NCBI GenBank assembly: GCA_965153285.1
Contig: OZ229110.1
Direction: 5' to 3' (one strand)
DNA: 64,000 bases
Origin: Podarcis tiliguerta
Lineage: Eukaryota
The position numbers and the translations under genes are program-made. The stretch's first letter is position 1, and each line of letters opens with the position of its first letter. Of this stretch, positions 27,355 through 39,700 are shown piece after piece. The notes under the pieces were generated by a model that worked only from the letters and a program-made list of their open reading frames with translations, ran no database searches and was not told the origin of the DNA.

Positions 27355-28499
27355 CAGCTGCTTCTGAATCATTTGGAGCAGAGGCCAGCTTGCCAGAATG
27401 TCCAGAGAGATTTTACCAATATCTTACAGCAAGTTCCCCTCCTCCCACTACAATTTGTCTCCTGCAGTCAAGTTCTAAATCTCATGTGGTCAAATGACTT
27501 CATCCCTTTCCTACATTTGTGCACATTAGGCTACTCATCAATGAAACTGCTCTTTTGTGGATACCCTGCTTGCTACTATATGCTTCTCAGTCTCCAAGCA
27601 CTCCACAATCCTCCTTTCAGTTCAGCAAACTGCACTCTGGATTTGGCTGCAGCCTTACTGAGGAACGATTTGAAGTGCCAAACAGATTTGGCTGACAACT
27701 CCCACTGAGTAGCAATGCTGCATTTTCCTCCTTGAGAATATTTTCTTGCCCTAAGCTCCCCTGTGACAGAAAAGGATTCCTGCCTTCACTAGTACCTCTG
27801 ACAGTGTGACAAGGCATAAAGACTATGGTTTGGCTTTGCAGTTTTCAGCCTGAGCAAATGTACTCTCATTGACTTGTTAGATTCCCCTTTTGTACTTGCA
27901 TTTTTATAAATGGTGAGAAAATAAATTGGCTCTTTTTCAGAAACCATAGTGTGGTGATCTTGCTTTATTGTTTTTCCTCTAATGTGTAAAAGGGTGTTCT
28001 TTCCATTCCAAGGCTTGATTTATTACCACCAATTCTCTGTGTTGTGCTGTTGATATTAAAAATAAACCATATAATTTAGCAACATTCCAATACAGGAAAC
28101 AAATGGATGTTTTCGTTATGCCTGGCATGTGTGTGGTTTAGGGTAAGATAATGAAATTCACAGAAAAAAATAAACGGAGGGGGAACAGAAGCTTGTTCCT
28201 AAAGCGCAATAACCAGGAAATCTTGTACTCTGAAATGTGGGTCAGGACTCCTAACAGTAGAATTAATTGTGGAACGCTGTGGGCCTTTGATGGAATAATA
28301 ATAAAGCTTTCGAGGGCAGGAGGTGATGCTGGGTAACTTGTTAAGTGATGGATTTGGGAGTGGATTTTCGGATATATACGAGCTAGGTGCCATTTGGGCC
28401 ATGTGAACTGAGCAATCCGAGGTGCTTTGTATGATGTGCGTGTGTGTATGTTGTCCCCACTTCCCGGGGGGGGGGGGACTTGTAAAATCTAAAATAAAA

Positions 28500-29350
28500 A
28501 TCTGTGTGTGAGGAAAAAGGGCGGGAGGAAAACGGGGCCGTTACATAACAAGCAAAGAAATAGGTGTCGCTCTTTGTCAGAAGGCGAGAGAACGGAGCCC
28601 CTGCGTTTATTTCCTGCCTCTACAACTCGCGCGGAGGAAGCGAGGGTAGAATTCATGGGTTACCATGGAGACGAGGCGACGCCGTCCCCGCTCGGAATCT
28701 GGGCCTCCGCCCCAAAGAGACGCAGTTCGATATCCGGTATCGCATGGAGCTTTTTGCCTTTCTAACGGGTCTTCCGGCACAAAGAGGCCAGGGATAGAGC
28801 GGCTCCGCTCTGCGTCCATTCGGTCTAACGCTCCTCTCCGACCCAGACCTTTCTGCCTCCGCGAACGCTGCGCGCCACTCCGCCCTCTCCCGCTTCCGTG
28901 CCGTCAGCTTCGCCGGAAGTGGGTTTCCTGCGTAGCGGTTTCCATGGCGATGGAAGATGGCGCCTCGGAGTAAGTCGGGGTCCCGGCAGCGTTCTAGGGC
29001 CCTGGGGGCTGCGAGGTCACGTGACCGCGACTGATCCCCGTGGAAGGCTCGGCTCTTCTTCATTCCAACCCCGCTCGCTCAGGACCTCCCAGGACACCCC
29101 GAGTCCTGCAGCAGGGACAGGAACCGGGCTCCGGCTGCAGCCCGGCAGCGACGGCGGGGATCCGATGGCATCCCGCCAAGCGCTCCCCAGGCGGGAGGAA
29201 TAGCCGGAGCGAAGGGGAAGGAGGCAAAGTGACTCCCGGGTCCCCAGAGCCTGATGCGGGCCTCTTGGCTCACCCTCGCTCTGAGCTCCCCTAGAAAAAC
29301 CATCCTGCCAAAGGAGGGTGGTAGACTTGGGGCCACGTCCTGCGGGAGGC
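28500..29350 (+). promoter_or_regulatory. TMEM216 CpG-island promoter
   Basis: High CpG density; X-boxes GTTACCATGGAGAC (28659-28672) and GTTTCCATGGCGAT (28938-28951); ETS CCGGAAGT at 28913-28920; YY1-type AAGATGGCG over the start codon; E-box palindrome GGTCACGTGACC at 29015-29026. Confidence 0.8.
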
Positions 29351-32300
29351 TGCCCCTTAGCAACCCTCTGGTAGTGTAAAGTGCCCAAATACGGGTTTTG
29401 GACCCATCCAAGGGGTTCTCAGATCGGTGGGCTGGGGTTTTTATTCTCTGCTGCTGGTTGGTTTCCCTTTGCCTGAGGTATGTTAGACCATTTGCTGAGG
29501 TTCCACGCTAAGCTGGTGAGGCCGCAGCATCCCAAGTTTGAGCTCACAACGTCCAGTGCAAATACAAGAAAGGCAAAATGGAGAGTGGCTGCACACAGGG
29601 CTTGTGTTTTCTGCCCTTGTCCAGCCCTGTACAAATATTGGCGTCCCCTAATGGCTGTTGTCATCTCAGGGCTTCCATTTTGACAATCTTCACCTGGCAC
29701 CGGTCTCTGTTGACTGAGTTTAGAACTGAGACTGTCTCATTGCTGCTTGGCTTCTTAGCAGCAGTTTCTGCTTGACTCACACCCTTTGCCCATCTCCTTT
29801 CCGAGGGAAAACCCACCTTGGGGTAGATTGGAACAAATGGCAGTCCTGGGAAACCAGAATTGCCATTGGCTCTGATTCAGCTCGAAAGCAGGGGGAAAGC
29901 AAGGCGACAAGAGGAAGTGTACATGAAGCCTAATATAGTCCCTCAAGAAAGTTTGTACTGCTCCTCTTTGAGAGAAGGTGAGAGTGGAACACAAAATGTG
30001 TACCCCATAGATAATCATGTTCTGGTTTCACCTCCTAGATCGCCAGCTCTCCTCCACCCCTCTGGAGATTCTCCTGTTTCTGAATGGCTGGTATTACGCA
30101 ACATATTTTCTGCTGGAGATTTTCATATTTGTCTATAAAGGTGAGTCTTTGAAGGGATGATGTGTTTGGGTTGCCTGCAGAAGGGTTTTTTTACGCATTT
30201 ACCTTGTGGCTCTCACCTGAAGAAAGTGAAAGAACAAAGTGGATAGTGAAATTATTTATTTCTCACCTAGCTGCTTGAGAGTTCACAGCCTTTTTCAGAA
30301 CCATCCATGTCCCAGTGTTTGTTGCTTTGCTGTTCTCTTAATGCATATGTCCATTTGTGCACCCACTTAGGACTCCTGTTGCCCTACCCCTCTGCCAATT
30401 TGGCTTTGGACCTGATAATGCTTTTTCTCTATCTTGGGATTGAAGTGACCCGGATATTTTTTGGTGAGTATTCAATAAAAATGTTCTTACGAGTAGTGCA
30501 CTCACCTGCCATTTTGTGAGCATCTTTGATGGCACTTGACCTGAAAAGATGAGTCCTGGGGAAACCCAGCCAGATGGGCAGGATATGAATAAAATTAGTT
30601 GTTGTGGTAGTGGTGGTGGTTCACTCATCGATAAATTCTGTTTCTCCAACAGCAAAGGTGTTTGAGAGTAGAGTAGCTGAGCAGAGTGTAAATTGCTGAC
30701 AGTGCCTTCACTCCCATGATTCCAGGCCTTCCTAATTATTCTGCTGAACTGGAATAGGTGCCTCCAATGAAATGATGCCCAAAGGCTGAAAAAGGGGCTC
30801 TGTGGTACATTGCCTAATTCGGGAGTAGGTAGGAGGCAAGACAACATTATGCGGTTGGAAATATGAGATCCCATTCATCCAGTCTGACTGTCCTTCCTGA
30901 CCTGAGACTAGCTTATGAACTACAGTACAAATCTTAAATGCAAAATCCCATTCCTTATTCTCAGTTAAATGATTCTTGATTCAGGTAGATAGCCGTGTTG
31001 GTCTGATGCAGTCGAAATAAATATATATATTTTTTAAAAGTTATTTTTTTAAAAATTGTTCAGTCGTCAACAGATTTACCATACCCATTGAGTCAATCAC
31101 CCATCTCCTACTACCCTTCCGAGAAATACCCCACTCCACCTCCCATTATATGTAAGGTTCTGGTGACTTCTGTTTCAGTGTATCTGAAGAAGTGTGCATG
31201 CACACGAAAGCTTATACCCAGAACAAACCTAGTTGGTCTCGAAGGTGCTACTGGACAATTTTTTAACTTAGTTAAATGAAAACTGATCTCTGAAAAGTAG
31301 AGCTATTCATTTTGTGCCCTCAGATTCCAAATATTGTGGCTTTTATGCTGAAAAGGTCTATGCATTTTCTTTTTCATATTTTCTGTGTATGGCAGGCTCA
31401 AAAGGGAACCTCTGTCAACGGAAAGTGCCACTTGCTATCAGTCTGGCTTTAACCTTTCCAGCAGCAGTGATGGCAGCCTATTATCTGCTGCTGCAGACTT
31501 ATGCTCTGCGGCTGGAGGCCATCCTTAATGCTATCCTCCTCCTCTTCTATGCTGTGGAGCTGTTACTGGGTGTTCTCACTCTGGCTGCCTTCTCCAGGTA
31601 CTTTACTTCCCTACCATTATGGTATTTTAGGGAAATATTTTTTTATGTGCATTGATTAGATTTTGTTTCTTAAGACACTGACTGTATTTACATGTAATGT
31701 TGGGTTTAGTGCTAAGTGAAGTTTCAGGCTTGTGTGAGAGTCCCCATATCCTCTTCCTTTATGGCTGGGAGGACTTGGAAGGATTTACTTTCACTTTTAA
31801 ATCCCTATTTAGCATCATGTTGGAACCAAGAATCCTGGTTTAAAACAACAAAAGTCCTGTGGCACATTAAAAAGTAACAAATTAGTTATGACATAAGTTT
31901 TCATGGACTAGCTTAAGCTGTAATAAATGTGTTAGCTTAGCCTTTAATGTCCCCCAAAGACTGGACAATATTCAACCATATATCCCAGTGGGACTTCTGT
32001 GCCCCATGCCATTCCCAGAGCAGATTTAAGGGGCATGCAGGTGGGGAATATGCTCAATTGCACAAGGAGAAATCTTTCTTCTTAGCGCTGTGTTGAATGC
32101 AAGCCTTTCTGTTATACTCTCTGGAAATTGGTATACTGTAACTCTGATCAGTTTAAGAAGCCAACTTCATAACCCATAGTGTGAAGTTGATTTATTATGG
32201 TACTTACCAGAGTTTTAAACCAGGATTCCTGGCTCAGACATAATGCTAAGCTAGGATTCTTTAAAAGGAGAATTAAATAGAGAACATAAAATCCTGCTGA

Positions 32301-32680
32301 AGTCCTCCTTGGCTGTTGTGGGAGAACATGCAAGTTTGACGTTCTTTTTCTGATTGATTCAGGCTCAGTGGTGTAATGCTAAATTGGACAGGTGGCTTAT
32401 CATATATTTATGTTGGTTGGCTTATTTCTTCAAACAGGGGAATCAATGGAATAGAACATGGGCTCCCCAGATGTTTCTAGACAACTTCCATCATCACTGA
32501 CTATTGGCTATGGTGGGAGTTGGATTCCAACATCTGGAGGGCTGCAGGTTCCCCATCCTTGGAATAGGTGTTCAGTTTGTTCCAATGTAAATTGGGTAAG
32601 AAGGCAGAGGTATTTGCTGTCGCTGTTGCTAAGATCTTCAAGTTTCGCTCTCTATTTTCTGCAGTTTGGACTCTTACTGA
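28957..32680 (+). CDS. TMEM216: Transmembrane protein 216 (transition zone, MKS2/JBTS2), 141 aa
   Basis: Exons 28957-28969 (MAPR), 30039-30140 (RQLSSTPLEILLFLNGWYYATYFLLEIFIFVYK), 30371-30463 (LLLPYPSANLALDL..EVTRIFF), 31396-31597 (SKGNLCQRKVPL..QTYALRLEAILN..AAFS), 32665-32680 (LDSY*), 426 nt in total. AATAAA at 33288. Confidence 0.95.
30982..31263. mobile_element. Penelope-like element fragment
   Basis: CAGGTAGATAGCCGTGTTGGTCTG at the left end and CTGAAGAAGTGTGCATGCACACGAAAGCT..GTTGGTCTC.AAGGTGCTACTGG at the right end, typical of reptile Penelope termini. Recognised from memory. Confidence 0.6.
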
Positions 32681-33716
32681 GAACCTTTGTGGGCTGCAAT
32701 GTATCGAACCGTGTGCTCTTCAGATTGGAGAGAGGCTGCATGAACCCTCCATTTCTGTGGCTGGAACAAGATGAGGTGTGGGTCCAATTCCCCCAATAAG
32801 CTGAAAGAAGGCGGCTCAACTTCTCATTTCAAGCTCATTCAGGTAGAGCACCATTAGCAGGGTCTCCAGTGTCTGGAAACAGTTTTCATGAGATGACAGA
32901 CCCACCCACCCTAACTAAGCTTGCAATCCTCCTGGAGGGCGCCAATTGATCCATTCCAACTTTGTACCTTGAGTAATTGACGCTCGCAAGTCAAAAGACT
33001 ATGGGCCAGTGAATGCCACCTAATAATCAGACTTTGCCTGCAGCTGGTGTGTCCTTTGAATTCCCCAGCGTGGTACATTCTAACAACTCAAGACTCTAAC
33101 ATGTGTGCAGTGACTCAGGAGGGCAGTCTTGCTCATCCTCTCTAATTGTTGTGTTACCTCCTGTGCCCTTTTCCTGAAGGGGGGTAGGGATAAGGGCAGC
33201 AGGCCTTGTGCCCCTTCCCCCCAAATCAGTGTTGTTATTGGTGTGTATTGACAATTTGTGATACTTGGTTTTCTACTGCATCCTTGGAATAAATATTTAT
33301 TTTTAAACTACTGTAGCTATGTGGAGCTTCAGACAAACATTGGTACACTGAGAGAACAGTGGTGCTCCTAGAAGCATGGGGGACCCCTCTTGGGGTGAAG
33401 AGAGGTACACATCTTTAAGATAACTGAGGCTTTGCAAATCATCCTAACTGCATGAAGGCGGTTCAGAAGGGACCTCATGGGCACAGAAAGTTTTTGCATA
33501 AGGAAATTCACATTCAAGGGTCCTGGCTTGGGTCTGCTGTAGGTAGCAGAGCTTTCATTTAGAGTTCAAGTATGCCCTGTGTGAGGGAGGATCTACGGAG
33601 GAAGGGTCATTTCCAAGAGGTCTAACACATGGGCCAATTGGGCATCAGTTGAGATAAGCATGAAGTAAGCCCACACAGAAAAAGTTTATTGGTGGGAAGA
33701 GCAAGGTCAGATGCTC

Positions 33717-36700
33717 TCAGAAATGGAACAGTGTTGCTCCAGATGCGTCTGAAGCCCCTGCCCATAGTCGGCCTCCTTGCTCAGCCACAAAAAACTTGTT
33801 GTTGGGTGCTTTGATGATCAGGCAGCTGGAGGATGCAAACTGGATGGTGAAATTGCTGGGACGGTCACTGTTTACCAAGATTTGTCCATCGTTATCCAGA
33901 GCCCAGTACTTGCTGCCTGCAGGTCAAGTGGCAGAATTAGTGGAAGGAAGGGTGAGGGTCAGGGAAGGTTAGAGGCGTGGCAAGACCAGCTCTTAGATCT
34001 CTCCGACTTTTACGAGGTAAAAGAATCACAGGTAATTAGGATATGCTTGTCATGGCAATACTAGGTATGGTTTAGAAAGAAAGCATGTATAAAGGGAAAA
34101 CATGACCGACACCTAGAATAATAAGAGTTGGAAGGGACCCAAGGGTCATCTAGTCCAACGCCCTGCAACACAGGAATCACAGCTAAATCAACCATGGCAG
34201 ATGGCCATCCAACCTGAACAGTAGTTTATCCTTAATTGGGCCTAGGAAACTATTGTCCAGGGGTCATGGAGCAAAACAAATGGCAAAGGGGGGAAAATAG
34301 TGATGATGCGCTCTTTTGCATTGTTTTGGTTTGGGAAAGCAAGTTTTGGCTCCCTCTTATGGCTACGTATAAACTAGGCTTGTTTTTATAAAAATCCTTT
34401 GATGGCAGCTCCCATTTATGAGTAGGTCATGTTTCTCTCGCAACACAGATACTAGGAGACCCCAACCCCTTGGAATATACTTAGTCCCACCTGGAAACAT
34501 ACTAACCAACTTGGAAGTTGTAGTAGCCTTCCTCGGTGAGCGACAGGCTGCTGGCAACATAGCTGACGCAGTTCCCTTCCAACTTCCTCATGTCAGAACA
34601 CAGACCCACGTAGCCGGCATCACTGTGCAGGACAAGCAGGGGCCGGTTCACCAGCACCAGCAGGAAATCTTCACTCTTCCCTGAAGGTACAAGGGAAACC
34701 TTTAGCATTGGCCGCACCTGGCTTTCAAAGAGAACTATTTTGCCACCCTTCCTTTTGCTCTCAAGAGGCAATCAGCTCCCAAGGGAAAGTCAACTTCAGT
34801 GCTAAAGATCAGGAGAAATCGCCCCACACTGAGAAGCCAGGCTGAGTGTTGTAACAGGGGCCCAGAATTCACAATGTCTCCCTCTAGTCTTTCTTACTTG
34901 ATTCAAGGTGCTGCTTATGGCACAGAAAGCTTTTAATGGCTTGGACTTCAAATACTGTTCTTCCCTTGGGTTTTATCCCGATTTCTACTGTCAGTGGCAT
35001 TTGCCCTAAAGTTCATTCAAATAACCACTATGGACAACAACTGCACAGCTGTTTCTGGTGGTGGTTCCCCCCAAACTGGAACTCATTCTCTGACTGCTTC
35101 CCAGATCATATTACAGAAACAATGTCAACCTACTTGGTATGCAGTTCTGGGGGCCAGGATTATATGCACAGAGGGGCAGTGTTTTAGTGAGTCTTAGGGT
35201 GTTTTTTTCTCTTTCATCCAGGCTGTATTTGTAGTGATGTTAGCTACTCCAAAGCGTAAGGAAGGGAGTGTAAACAGAACTCATTCCATCTTGCAAGAGC
35301 AAGATTATGAAAGTTTTGGTTGCTGATTTCCAACAAGAAGCCCTTGAGGTGTCTAAAAAGCCATTTCACAGGATGGGCTTAAGGTTGGCTCCCCATGTTC
35401 CAGTTTTATATCCAGGGACAGCTTGGTTTCTGTGCAAAGACTTTCCCCACATTATTCCTCTAGAGGGCTATCTAGGGAGTTAGTGGAAGGCTGTCGCTTC
35501 CATTCCTTTCCCCTAGAATTACCTAAAGCTAATTTGCAGCTGGCAGTGTGCAATCTCTCTTCCCACCCTAGCTGTGTTCACCTGTCCACACTGATGCCCT
35601 GGTGCTTGTAAGAGAAGCTCTCTACCAGTTTGTACCTGCAGCTTTGGGAATTGCCAGGAGCTGTCCATTGGGCCGCATGGACACTTGCTTGTCTGCTATG
35701 CGGAGACACACCTTTTGGTCTTGGTACTGGATGTCGAACCAGACATTCCTGTCCTGTTTGGTGTTGCTGTTAATACAGTCATTAGGACCCTGCAAAAGAC
35801 AGGATGCATTCGTTGGAAAGTGCTTTTTGTGTTTTTGGCTTACTTTGTCTGATAGAAACCTCCTGCAGCAGTCCCTTTATCAGCTACGTTCTGAGATCCA
35901 TGTTGATATATTTTCATTGGAAGGTATTTGGTGCTGCATCAAGACTGAGAATCCCATTGTGGTGGGTGACACAACACAAGAGTACAGCAATGCATGAGCA
36001 TCTCAATACCAGGGAGGTTAGTCCAGCAGTAGTTACCTCCAAAAGGGTAGTTTGGAGTTTCTAGCATCAGCAAGCTAGGGATGGTGGTGGACCTTGGCTT
36101 TATTCAAAGCCACTTTCTTGTTGACTTCACACTTCAAGTTGCACTATGTGAACCATAGCCTAGACTGAAGCCAAACTATAAGATTTCTAAATGGTATGTT
36201 AGATGTGCAGTATAGATTTTGAAGCACAACAGAAATCTGCAAAATTTCTGACCAGGGTCCATAGCAGATGGTGTATGTGCACACCATGAACAACAATGCA
36301 GCCAGAAGACCACCTTCAACTCTACTTATAAGTTTCATTTAGTTCAGCAAGTTTTACTCTCAGGTAAGTGAATAGCAGACCTGAAAAAGATGTCTCCAGC
36401 CCTCCAGGCTTAAGCAGTTAGCTTTTTCTGAAGAGGTTGTTCAGGAAGTTGTGCATTCCTACTGCACTCTTACATATTTCATCTGTGGCAGGGATGAGAA
36501 ACCTGAGGCCCTGAAGATGTTGGAGTAATAACTGCCAGCCAATGATCAAGGACAATAGGCATTTGAGCCACAGGTTCTTCATCCTCAGTGTACAAAAAAC
36601 AATTTTTCACTTTTCCACAAGGAGGATTGTGTATAATACCCTGCTTTGCTTTGTAGAATAGAGTAATTCCCCCCACCCGCACTAAAGTTGACAAAAATCT

Positions 36701-39700
36701 TTTGGAAAAGGATTGAAACAGCCCTTACTAACATTAACAAATAAGTCCAGGACCAAGAGCTATCTTCTGCTATTTAACAAGCCTCCTTTTATCAGTTCCC
36801 TGCTTGCTACATTATTATCCTCTTGATTTGCAGCCTGCCTTTCTGTGTTAATACATACACAGCGCAGATATATCTTCTTCATCAGGGGAGAGTTGGTGAA
36901 CACTTGAGGTGGCAAAGCCTCTACTACATCAAGTTTCAAGCTTAAGTCGTTTTGTTTTTTTGAACCAGGCCACAATTTTTGTGAATGCTCGCAGCCAAGT
37001 GTCGAGGATGCAGCTCACCCACCTCCTTGCTCACATTTAAAAGAATTCCTGATTAAGTTGGTGCGCCACAATCTGGGCACAGATGTATCCAGTGGAGGCT
37101 GATCCACTTGGGCAAAAGGGGCCCTGCCCTACCATCCTCACTCTGCCCTTGATCAGTCCCCACATTCTCACAACCAGTCGTGGGGTGGGGCTGCCTGTCA
37201 GCTTCCTCCCTCCTTAGTCTCAGTGTTGCCCATTGTAGAATATAGTCGGAAGGAGGTTGGGGACAAGACTGGAATGAGTGACTGTGGCTGAAAAAAGCTT
37301 GGGGCTTTCTGCATGCAAAGTAGGTGCTCTACCACCTACGAGCTGCCATCCTTCTCCGTAGTTAGGAAACATAGTTAGGTCCTGCCTGATCGCTGCTGTT
37401 CCTCGTAACGCGTGGCAGGCACACTCACCAAGGACATATATGCGCCGCTGTGGCTACGGAAGCAGACCTTCTTTGTGGTGTCATCAAACAGCACCTGGAA
37501 GATCTCTGTGTTGCCGACAGCCATAGCATTGGCGTAGAGATCAGCACCTGCAGGGGGCAGGGAAGAAACACCCTAGGTCAGCATTCCTACATATGCCATT
37601 GCCCACTCCTTGCAGGCTGAAATCAGTGGATCGTGGATCGAAAGAGGAAAACGTCATGCAGAGAATGGGGGCATTGTCTGTGTGTCAACTGACCTAGGAT
37701 CATTTGGACCTTCCTATCTTTGGAGACTGGGACGCGGGTGGCGCTGTGGGTTAAAGCCTCAGCGCCTAGGGCTTGCCGATCGAAAGGTCGGCGGTTCGAA
37801 TCCCTGCGGCGGGGTGCGCTCCCGTTGTTCGGTCCCAGCGCCTGCCAACCTAGCAGTTCGAAAGCACTCTCGGGTGCAAGTAGATAAATAGGGACCACTT
37901 ACTAGCGGGAAGGTAAACGGCGTTTCCATGTGCGGCTCTGGCTTGCCAGAGCAACGATGTCACGCTGGCCACGTGACCCGGAAGTGTCTTCGGACAGCGC
38001 TGGCCCCCGGCCTCTTTGAGTGAGATGGGCGCACAACCCTAGAGTCTGTCAAGACTGGCCCGTACGGGCAGGGGTACCTTTACCTTTTTATCTTTGGAGA
38101 CAGGCTGGTTTAAGAGCACAAAACGTCACGTGCAAGCTTCCCTAGCACTTCTGTCACACCACTTTTAATAAGAAATGCTGTGGGTTTTTTCAGGGACCGT
38201 AATCTTACTGGATCCTTGCTACTTCAATTGTATGTGCCCTTTTCCTGCTTCTTTACTTCTGCACCCTCTATCAGCCATCTTGCCTCTGAGGTCCCAGCAT
38301 CAGAATTCTGGTCCCCCTCAGAATGTGGACTACCACTGTGCCTCATTTTCTGAGCAGGTGGAATGGTCACAAACATTCCATCTCAATCAGCCAATCAGCT
38401 GCAGAGGCTTCACAAAGTGCAATGCAATATAGATAGTGCTGTTTTCTCCTGACTTACCTGGCCTGCAGCAAATGAACTTGTTAGTAGAAGAAGAGCGTAT
38501 AGAGACCTGGGCAGGGCTGGATTCCATGCTGAAGAGTTCCTCCCGTCCAGGTTTGTCCATCTTTACGGTTCTCATGCTACCCTCTCGCCCAGTCAAGTAC
38601 TTTCCCTCCTCATCCCGCAGAGCGACCAAGCCACCATGCACCTCCAGGGAGTACAGCGTTTGTGGGGTAACATCTGGCACCAGTGAGCCATTGGAAGCCA
38701 ACAGTTTGCCAGCCCCATTCCTCAATCCATACTTCTTTGCTGGAGACAAAGGCGAGAGAAATGAGAGGTTGACAGCAGCTTGATGTTTAGTCCTGGAAAA
38801 CAATCTCCAAATCAATTGTCTTACAAAGTAGCATCAGAGTTGATGCTTGTTTCACTGCAGAATTGCCACACAGGCCCACCCTGCCTGCAGTTCCAAACAC
38901 CAACCCTTTCGAGTTCCCTATTCCTGTATGCCCTTAACATTTCCCATTGTATTTCCCTTACCTAGAATCTCATATATCATTTGTACATGTGTGTAAACAG
39001 CCCCCTGTGCTTTGTTCTGATAGGCAAGTTGATGTTCATTGGGTCTCAGCTTTGTACAGTGTTGGTGGTGCTGACACTGCATTTGTTTCCTTGTAGATTA
39101 CACCCTATTTTTCTTGCATAGTTACTTTGGGGGTTTACGTGTGTGCTTGATAAAGCTAGAGGCCATGACCCCCAACCCAGGTATAGTGAGATGTGCCATG
39201 GGCACATGCAGGCTAAGATTAGGATTGAAGTCATGTTCTCATCTGCACTAACACACGCCTTTATCCACACTACATGTGTGTTTTAAAAACTGGCTGTATT
39301 AGATTCTTTAGCCTAGTGTGCAATTTCACTTAAAAGTGTGTGTGTGAGAGTGGGGAACCTCCAACATCAATACGGTCAGGAAAGAGGATTTGCACTTGGA
39401 AACTTCTCTGCACAGACAATTCCCTTTCTTGTCTTATTTGGAAAGTTTGCACTGGTGTCTAACTTACCAGAAAGTCTTGCATAGGGCAATTAGTAGTTCT
39501 AAGAATTACCCAAGCTAATTAATGATGTTAAGGAAATCAAAATTCCTGCCAGCCACAGTGACTTCTTGGGTAAACAGAATTTGAATTCACCTGGTATGTA
39601 TGGGGAAAATTGCCTTCTCTCACCATTGGATTCCAGACCTATTGGAGGAGATGCAAATGACTCAAACTGAACTTTTTCACACATCAATAACAGAGGACTA

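Noticed and set aside
28508-29411. Cluster of 70-136 aa ORFs on both strands
   Set aside because: CpG-island artefact around TMEM216 exon 1.
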